Below, in pieces: positions 57,542-64,000 of a stretch of DNA of 64,000 nt. The position numbers were made by a program, and so were the translations under genes. The number at the start of each line of letters is the position of its first letter. Position 1 is the stretch's first letter. The notes below the pieces were generated by a model. That model made no database searches, was not told where the DNA came from, and saw only the letters and a list, made by a program, of their open reading frames with translations. Origin of the DNA: a virus. The stretch is taken from the IMG/VR virus record IMGVR_UViG_3300017760_000001, positions 32,001-96,000 of that record, one strand, 5' to 3'.

Positions 57542-58549
57542 CTATGAAACCGTTGCGCCGTTATTTGAAATTATGTACCACTCTGTTGTAATACTTGAAT
57601 ACACTAAAGATATAGATGCACGTTCTGGTATCGATACCTCATCGTGACCCGAAGGATTGCCTGGAATATCTAAAGTCCAAGTGGCGGTATTCCTGTTGAT
57701 AATATGTTTTACTTCACCATCTTCTGTACCATCAAGTATTGAACAAGTCGGTGAACCTGATGATATGTTGAGGAACGTTATAGGTGAAAGCAAAGAAATA
57801 TTAGATGGGTTGCTAGTCGCATTTTGTGTTGCTAATATTAATTTGTCTTGAATCCTAACGCCACCAGTACCCTTACCGAATAAGTCTAAATTTATATTAG
57901 TATTATCACCGACAGCTTTAACAGCAGGATGTGCGGCATTGGCCGCACTAAGAACTTCGATATGATTGACTGCATTGCCAACGCTATTGAGACTCAGTAT
58001 TTCGTTACCCGAAATGTCGTTAATAGATCCGCCAGTAATTTTTGGTGTGGTTAAAGTTTTATTGGTTAGTGTCTGTGTGTGATCATTAAAGGTAAACTCA
58101 TCACTATCTGTTAGTAGTGGTAAGTTTATGTTTCTGTTCGCAACGATGTCAGATGGAACTAGAGAATATTGGTGATTGGCACCACCATCAGTGATCGTCA
58201 AACCAGAGATTGTTGGACTAGAGATCGTGGGACTTGTGATCGTCTTGTTAGTCAACGTCTGAGTTGCAACCGTAAGTACGAAGTCACCATCCGCATCTGG
58301 AAGAGTAAGGATACGATCCGCAGTTGCGTTTGCAGCCTTCAACCTAACTTCGTGTTGATCCGTTGACGATCCCTCAAAAACAAGGGCATCGTTTTCAATA
58401 GCTAACTGACCAGAAAGTGCATCGGGATCACCACTAAGGAACGTATAAATTTCCTGAAAGTTCTGATTGATCTTCTGTGATGCAACACGCAGAGTATCAC
58501 CTGTACCATCATTGGGTAACGAACCGTTGTTTAAATTTTGTCTTGCCAT
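57542..58549 (-). CDS. Baseplate wedge/fibre connector (gp9/gp10-like N-terminus)
   Basis: PNDGTGDTLR...KINQNFQEIY; QTLTNKT repeats. Confidence 0.75.
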   Translation of the reverse strand: MARQNLNNGSLPNDGTGDTLRVASQKINQNFQEIYTFLSGDPDALSGQLAIENDALVFEGSSTDQHEVRLKAANATADRILTLPDADGDFVLTVATQTLTNKTITSPTISSPTISGLTITDGGANHQYSLVPSDIVANRNINLPLLTDSDEFTFNDHTQTLTNKTLTTPKITGGSINDISGNEILSLNSVGNAVNHIEVLSAANAAHPAVKAVGDNTNINLDLFGKGTGGVRIQDKLILATQNATSNPSNISLLSPITFLNISSGSPTCSILDGTEDGEVKHIINRNTATWTLDIPGNPSGHDEVSIPERASISLVYSSITTEWYIISNNGATVS

Positions 58550-58577
58550 TTACTTTTACCTAAAAGTTCTATGATTC

Positions 58578-58585
58578 TATTTATA
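58578..58585 (-). promoter_or_regulatory. Late promoter
   Basis: TATAAATA. Confidence 0.8.
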
Positions 58586-58589
58586 CGTT

Positions 58590-59672
58590 TTATAGTAACT
58601 CATTCAGAGTTATTTCACTATCTGAGTCACCTGTTACGCCCACCGCCGTATTGTCACCATCTTCTCTTCTTTTATTGACCCAAGTGAATCTATCCTGATC
58701 CAATGTTTCTAGTGCAGATAGACCCATTGCAGAACCACTGTCATCATCATCTTCATCAAATGTTGGTGAATCTGGACGTAAAAATTCCAACAAGTTACTA
58801 TGTAGACCTTGTAATTCGCTGATAGATACATCTTCGACATCTTTAATGTCATTACCCGCTGGATTAGGATATGTACCTTTACTGCCCATACTCATTCTAA
58901 ATTTCATTTCATCTCCTCCTAATCCTGAAAGTGGAATGTCGAATAGTGCGGTATGATCAGCAATACCCAACGGATGACGTACGTTAGCAATACTCTCAAC
59001 TTCTTGAGGCGGAATGTCCAGTAAGCCTGGGGGCGGTTGTATTTCAAAGTCAATATCAACCACACCTTGAAGTTGTACCTGAGAACCCAAGTACATACCA
59101 GCAGGGTGAACAAACAACTTGTAAATTTCTCTCCATTCATTGATCGACAATTCACTTTTAATTTGAATAGCATATGTCTGATATAGTTTATCATCAGTCA
59201 AGAATCTTTGCGATGATGGGCCAACCTCAGATTCGTTCAATGTGAATATTTGTTTCTTTGTATAAACTACGTCTGGATCTATACCAAAGAATGTACGGAA
59301 GAACTGTTGTATCGAATACTTAGTACCCTTTGATCGATACAATGTATTCGAGTACTTTGCTGCCTCTCTCTTATCTTGGAATCCTTCGAAGTAGGATTGT
59401 CCCAAAAGTAATTCGTCTTCTAGGAATGATAACAGATCTATGTCTGTCTGTGTAATATCTCTTAACGTAAACAGTTCATTCAAAAGATCTGTCGGCGAAC
59501 CCGACTGTTCTTCAAAATGGAAGTACGTTTCCAATAACTGTACTAACTTCGGATAATTCTCAACAATATGGTCGGGTAAAACCTCCTCGACTTTATAGTG
59601 ACGAAGGTTTAACTCCCTCCGACCTAAGTCGTGTAACGTTTTGTCCTGATGTCCGTTACTATTTAAATTCAT
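58590..59672 (-). CDS. Baseplate wedge protein (gp7-like)
   Basis: LYRSKGT..SI..FFR, YQTYA, VHPAG; follows gp6. Confidence 0.7.
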   Translation of the reverse strand: MNLNSNGHQDKTLHDLGRRELNLRHYKVEEVLPDHIVENYPKLVQLLETYFHFEEQSGSPTDLLNELFTLRDITQTDIDLLSFLEDELLLGQSYFEGFQDKREAAKYSNTLYRSKGTKYSIQQFFRTFFGIDPDVVYTKKQIFTLNESEVGPSSQRFLTDDKLYQTYAIQIKSELSINEWREIYKLFVHPAGMYLGSQVQLQGVVDIDFEIQPPPGLLDIPPQEVESIANVRHPLGIADHTALFDIPLSGLGGDEMKFRMSMGSKGTYPNPAGNDIKDVEDVSISELQGLHSNLLEFLRPDSPTFDEDDDDSGSAMGLSALETLDQDRFTWVNKRREDGDNTAVGVTGDSDSEITLNELL

Positions 59673-61501
59673 TAGTTAGTCGCTGTTGTTAGTACACCAT
59701 CCGATTTAGATGCTGACTCGTCATATACCAAGACATCATTTCTTGTCGGGACAATAAGAGATTGATTGCCAGGGAATATGGAAATTTTAATTTGTGTTTG
59801 TCCACCTATCAAAGAATCAACTTGTAAACCAACTAAATGAACATCACCTTCAATTGTAAAATAACCTACGTCATCTACTTCAATTCGATTGTCCTGTAAG
59901 TTAATTACTTGTAAAGTGTTGCTACTCAACTTATTTTTTATTTGACACGTAACACCATTTAAAGTAAAGTTTGTTGACGAAATAATGAAAGTGTCGTCAT
60001 CTGGGTTAGCAATATCAACTGGGAATTTTAATTTATAATCATACTTTCCGCCCAGTATTGGAGTAATTCTCTGTTGCATTTTAACATCAGCACGTGAAGA
60101 AAGAACAGAAGGCGAAACGTCATCTATCAATGTTAGTAGATTCGAACGCCTAAATGCTAGATCAAATTTACCTGTATTTTCTGCAAAGTAATTTCTTATG
60201 ACATCATCGATCTGAGACTTAATAGTATTCAGAGTCAAAGATGTCAACCTTTCGTTAAACTGAAAACGTGTGTCAAGTTCAACGAATGTGGTTACAGGGT
60301 CAGCAAACTTCAAATCAAAAGAAGCGATAGCTAATTGTTCTGCGAGATCTATAATGGATTCTTTTGTTCTATTAACAGTATTCTCTGGAATTTCTGAGTT
60401 AAACAGAACCGACATATAAACACAACCATATTCTTTAATTATGTTGTCCTCTCCGCCCCAAGACTTGATATCTCTAATCAAGGACGAAAAGTTACGTAAC
60501 ACAAGAGACGAATAGTCCGCATGAGTCACCATTCTATTCTGAGCTGCATATTGGAACGGTGCGTTCTTACGAATAGATTCTATTGATTCTTTATCAGCGC
60601 CACCAGAACTTCTGGTTTCGGTTGTTATTGTTGGAACCTGATCTGTATCAGGTGCGACATTCGCTATAGCTGAAATTGGTTCGAATATTTCCGCAAAGTT
60701 TGCATCTGCGCCAGAGACGGACAAATACTCAACAACAATCTTGTTGCCTGGTTGAGGTGTCTTACCTAATGTAGTACCGTTACCGAATGTAAGTTCAAAG
60801 TAACCATTAGGCATTTCTTTTAGAATGTAAATGGTAGTATTTTCGTTCAAGACATTGGTGTCTAAAATATTGTTATAGGCAGCAAATTCCTCAGAAGTTG
60901 AACTAGGGTAAACTTTAACCACCGCAGTAGTAAGATCTAAATTTGAGTCTGGTATAATGTATGTCACATTCTCTGTATTATCACCAGAAATAAATGTTTT
61001 AGTTTTTGCAATACCTTCTTTGATAGGAATAACATTAGTGCCGTTGTCTAACTTAAACTCATAGAATCCAAAACCATCATTGGTTGCGGTTATAGTTTCT
61101 GTAGTTTGGAATGTATAATCAACATCGTCAACGGCTGATGTGAATTTGTATCCAGCTGCGAGGGATATTCTAGGACTGGGATTGTTAATACCAGATAAAT
61201 TCAATGACATCTTTATTTCCGCAGATGATCCGTGTTTACTATCAGGAATATAACCGATACCCTCAGAAAGAGATACCAAAGAACTACGAAGTTGTGCAGT
61301 TCCAAGAAACGCTTCGTTCAAAGCAAAGTTAGCTGTCAATCCATTTATGTGAGTATTGTATGCCAACACATCGAGAATGTTCGAAAGACCCGATGCCTCA
61401 AAATTAAAGTCTTTAAATTCTTTTTCTTGTTCTAGATATTCTTTCAGATTATTCTTAATTGACTGAAAGTCTAACGCTGTTGATTTAATCGTTGTCGCCA
61501 T
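59672..61501 (-). CDS. gp6: Baseplate wedge protein gp6
   Basis: LDFQSIK, DFNFEASGL..LDVLAYNTH, ESIESIRKNAP, QNRMVT..DY. Confidence 0.95.
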   Translation of the reverse strand: MATTIKSTALDFQSIKNNLKEYLEQEKEFKDFNFEASGLSNILDVLAYNTHINGLTANFALNEAFLGTAQLRSSLVSLSEGIGYIPDSKHGSSAEIKMSLNLSGINNPSPRISLAAGYKFTSAVDDVDYTFQTTETITATNDGFGFYEFKLDNGTNVIPIKEGIAKTKTFISGDNTENVTYIIPDSNLDLTTAVVKVYPSSTSEEFAAYNNILDTNVLNENTTIYILKEMPNGYFELTFGNGTTLGKTPQPGNKIVVEYLSVSGADANFAEIFEPISAIANVAPDTDQVPTITTETRSSGGADKESIESIRKNAPFQYAAQNRMVTHADYSSLVLRNFSSLIRDIKSWGGEDNIIKEYGCVYMSVLFNSEIPENTVNRTKESIIDLAEQLAIASFDLKFADPVTTFVELDTRFQFNERLTSLTLNTIKSQIDDVIRNYFAENTGKFDLAFRRSNLLTLIDDVSPSVLSSRADVKMQQRITPILGGKYDYKLKFPVDIANPDDDTFIISSTNFTLNGVTCQIKNKLSSNTLQVINLQDNRIEVDDVGYFTIEGDVHLVGLQVDSLIGGQTQIKISIFPGNQSLIVPTRNDVLVYDESASKSDGVLTTATN

Positions 61502-61960
61502 TTATCTTAACCTACTTAGTACGGTAGTAAATTCCACTAGTTCCCCAGTGTTTATTATTTTAAAAATAACAGTTACTTCTGCTGAGTTATTGTCTGGTTC
61601 CATGTTAACAAGTATTTCTAATGAAGAAACATCGACACGAGGTTCGAAAACTTCAATAGCATTTCTTATTTCACGAATCATTGATCTTTCTGTATGTTGA
61701 TCTGATAACTCAAACAAATAGTCATACAGGTTTGCGCCATAGTAAGGATTGAATGGTTTTTCTCCTTGATTGGTCAACAAAAGATTTCTAACCGCAAATT
61801 TGACTGACTGAGCATTAAACTTTTTAAACACATCTTTAGTAGTATTTGATAATGCGAGAGAAATATCTAAATCCGAATATTCTTTGTTCTGTGTTGTTTT
61901 CACAGTCGAAAGATTGATTAGATCTTTATCTTCTATTGATAATGCTCTTTGTGTTGCCAT
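61502..61960 (-). CDS. gp25: Baseplate wedge protein gp25
   Basis: YSDLD, VRNLLLT..GEKPFNP.YG, FEPRV. Confidence 0.93.
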   Translation of the reverse strand: MATQRALSIEDKDLINLSTVKTTQNKEYSDLDISLALSNTTKDVFKKFNAQSVKFAVRNLLLTNQGEKPFNPYYGANLYDYLFELSDQHTERSMIREIRNAIEVFEPRVDVSSLEILVNMEPDNNSAEVTVIFKIINTGELVEFTTVLSRLR

Positions 61961-61986
61961 AATAGTCTCTTAAATAACCTTGTATC

Positions 61987-61994
61987 TATTTATA
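61987..61994 (-). promoter_or_regulatory. Late promoter for gp25/gp6
   Basis: TATAAATA. Confidence 0.8.
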
Positions 61995-61998
61995 CATT

Positions 61999-62595
61999 TT
62001 AGTTCAACTTTACTTCAACTAATTCACCACTAGTCAGAAGTTTTCCGTTGTAATTTGTTGCGATACCAAGTTTAAAGTTTATATCAAATGATTCTGGGAC
62101 ATCAGGCATTTCTACTACAATCTGTGAAGTTAATGAACCATCTGGATTGTAGATATCATAGTCTAGAGTTATCTTGTCATAGAAACAATAGTCTTTCCAA
62201 TATTCCGCCACATCAAATGTTGCGGTGTGATCTATCTTGCCTTCTCTATCAATAACTTGATATACTACAACACGACCATTTTGTTTTTTAATATTATCTC
62301 CCCCAACTGTCTCTAGAGGGCCACCTTTGTATATTCCTTCACTCACAATCAGACGTACATCATTGAACAACTCGGTATTACCATTGATTGTTCTGTACAT
62401 CTCTGCATGTAGATAAAGGTTACGTGCAATCTGTTTCCTTTCTTCTGCCGTACCGATATGAGAGAACGGTGTCTTGTCCCCATACGCACCAAGGTATTTC
62501 GCAATGGTTACGCCTGGCGCTAACTTAGTTCTCGATGAGATCTTATCTCCATCAAGAAAGTTTGGATTGTAAATTGGATCTGGTAATATAATCAT
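61999..62595 (-). CDS. Hypothetical baseplate-region protein (possibly degenerate peptidase M15-like)
   Basis: Coupled to the gp5 stop (ATGA); ARNL.LHA and IVSEGIYK loosely resemble M15 motifs. Confidence 0.6.
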   Translation of the reverse strand: MIILPDPIYNPNFLDGDKISSRTKLAPGVTIAKYLGAYGDKTPFSHIGTAEERKQIARNLYLHAEMYRTINGNTELFNDVRLIVSEGIYKGGPLETVGGDNIKKQNGRVVVYQVIDREGKIDHTATFDVAEYWKDYCFYDKITLDYDIYNPDGSLTSQIVVEMPDVPESFDINFKLGIATNYNGKLLTSGELVEVKLN

Positions 62596-64000
62596 CCTGT
62601 AAACCTCTTTCCTCTGCTACCAATAGAATTACCAATAGGAACACTACCGAAACGTGAAGACTGTTTCTTCGATGCAGTTCTACCAATCTTAGGTGGACTC
62701 GTATTGTCGTAGTCAGCATTCAATCTACCTTCACCGACCATCTTGTTTCCAATAAGAGAACGGTTAGCTGTGTCACGAATCGTAGATCGAATCTCTTGTG
62801 TAGATGGAACCTTTTCGAATAGTCCTTCATAGTCGTCACGTAGAAGTATTTTGTTCTTCAATACGTCACCAGCATCTATAGTCACGGTGCGTACAGAGAA
62901 GGGCCCCATAGTCATCATCGCACCAATCGCATCTGCAAGTGGTACTGGTTTCTTAGGTGTCATAGACTCTTGTGATTCTGTGGCAGCCTTCCATCCGCTT
63001 GGTGGTGATCCAGCTGCACCTATCGCACCAGCAGTTCCTGCCTTCCCTGCTTCTTTTGCCTTATCTGCTTTGTTCGCATTGTATGACTTGATCGCTTCCG
63101 TTGCCTGTCCGTGGAATGATCCGTAGAACGCAGCACCAGATGCAAATGGAACCGCACCTTTTGGCCCCATGTAAACTGGTGAAGTCATCTCTACCTGTTC
63201 ACCACCGATCACACCTTTCATACCCATGACCGATAACTCTGCACCTGTGATTGCCATTACTGGTGCGGTCTGAATGTATTCGTCCTTTGCAGTCATGATC
63301 AAACGATTGTCAGTAAACACATTGAGTTCTCCCTCAACATGTTCTTTAGAATATCCTTTAGTCCACTCAGTGTTGTTACCTAAAACGAGTTCTGTCTTGT
63401 TCTCTACGGTCTTGTACGAAGCAGACTGTTTAGTGATATGTTCTGTGTTACCCGATACTTCGGTTCTCTTGTTCAACAATACATGTTGCTTATTGTGTCC
63501 ATGTATGTTAAGATTGTGGTTACCACCTACGTCCATATTCCAGTCACCTGTAACCGTCTGGTTAAGATTACCTTTATAGACCATCTCTGCATCACCCTCT
63601 ACGATGACCGTATTGTCTCCTCCAGTCACCTCGACTTTATTGTTCGGGGATGATATAATGATAGAACCGTCCGCTCGCATTTCAATACCACCACCTTTAC
63701 GGTGTTTGATAAGAATACGTTCACCGCCTGGGGTGTCATCGTGTTCAACAACATGACCAGATGCAGTCTCCATAACCTGATTGAATGGATACTGTGAAGG
63801 TTGTTGATCTTCTAGGTTGAGTGATACATTGAAATCCCCACCCCCAAGATATAATTCGTTTACTTCAAAACCACGAGCCGCATAGTTTATGGAAGACGAA
63901 TAATGATAATTTGTCTTGGGAAACTCGCCTGTAGGATCTTGGAACCCATCAAGTGGTACACCAAGAGTTTTTTCCTTAGCGACATTTTCCCCTAAATTTT
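62592..64000 (-). CDS. gp5: Baseplate hub/spike gp5-like (5' end outside window)
   Basis: Frame stays open upstream of the track's ATG: GFQDPTGEFP...QYPFNQVMETASGHVVEHDDTPGGERI, then VxGx beta-helix repeats. Confidence 0.88.
   Translation of the reverse strand, partial: NLGENVAKEKTLGVPLDGFQDPTGEFPKTNYHYSSSINYAARGFEVNELYLGGGDFNVSLNLEDQQPSQYPFNQVMETASGHVVEHDDTPGGERILIKHRKGGGIEMRADGSIIISSPNNKVEVTGGDNTVIVEGDAEMVYKGNLNQTVTGDWNMDVGGNHNLNIHGHNKQHVLLNKRTEVSGNTEHITKQSASYKTVENKTELVLGNNTEWTKGYSKEHVEGELNVFTDNRLIMTAKDEYIQTAPVMAITGAELSVMGMKGVIGGEQVEMTSPVYMGPKGAVPFASGAAFYGSFHGQATEAIKSYNANKADKAKEAGKAGTAGAIGAAGSPPSGWKAATESQESMTPKKPVPLADAIGAMMTMGPFSVRTVTIDAGDVLKNKILLRDDYEGLFEKVPSTQEIRSTIRDTANRSLIGNKMVGEGRLNADYDNTSPPKIGRTASKKQSSRFGSVPIGNSIGSRGKRFTG

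Overview
64 kb of a T4-like (Tevenvirinae/Kyanoviridae-type, probably marine) myovirus genome, almost all on the minus strand. Left (1-21 kb): replication/recombination block (gp41 partial, uvsX, AEP-like primase, gp43, regA, gp62, gp44, gp45, gp46, gp47, gp55, uvsW, uvsY). It is interspersed with accessory genes: UDP-glucose dehydrogenase, UDP-glucuronate epimerase, GT25-like glycosyltransferase, small heat-shock protein, JmjC cupin, dCMP deaminase, TagD-like cytidylyltransferase, glutaredoxin. Right (24-64 kb): virion block (gp23, 22, 21, 20, 19, 18, 17, 16, 15, 14, 13, several fibres, VrlC-like, gp8, gp9/10-like, gp7-like, gp6, gp25, gp5 partial). Sigma70 consensus promoters and TATAAATA late promoters are clear. 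The only plus-strand island (21565-23954) is the best candidate for a new system: a DUF4338/DruA-like protein, a ParB-like protein and a structurally aberrant tRNA-Gly(TCC), with its own promoters and terminator. I infer a possible Gly-tRNA-dependent (Mom-like) DNA modification cassette. Other highlights: a ROSE-like RNA thermometer on the phage hsp20, antisense sigma70 promoters facing gp55 and uvsW, a neck protein with nested LamG and cupredoxin domains, and a [FY]xG[DN]-repeat fibre next to a glycosyltransferase and an HxN oxygenase. All family calls are from motif recognition by eye; no searches were run.
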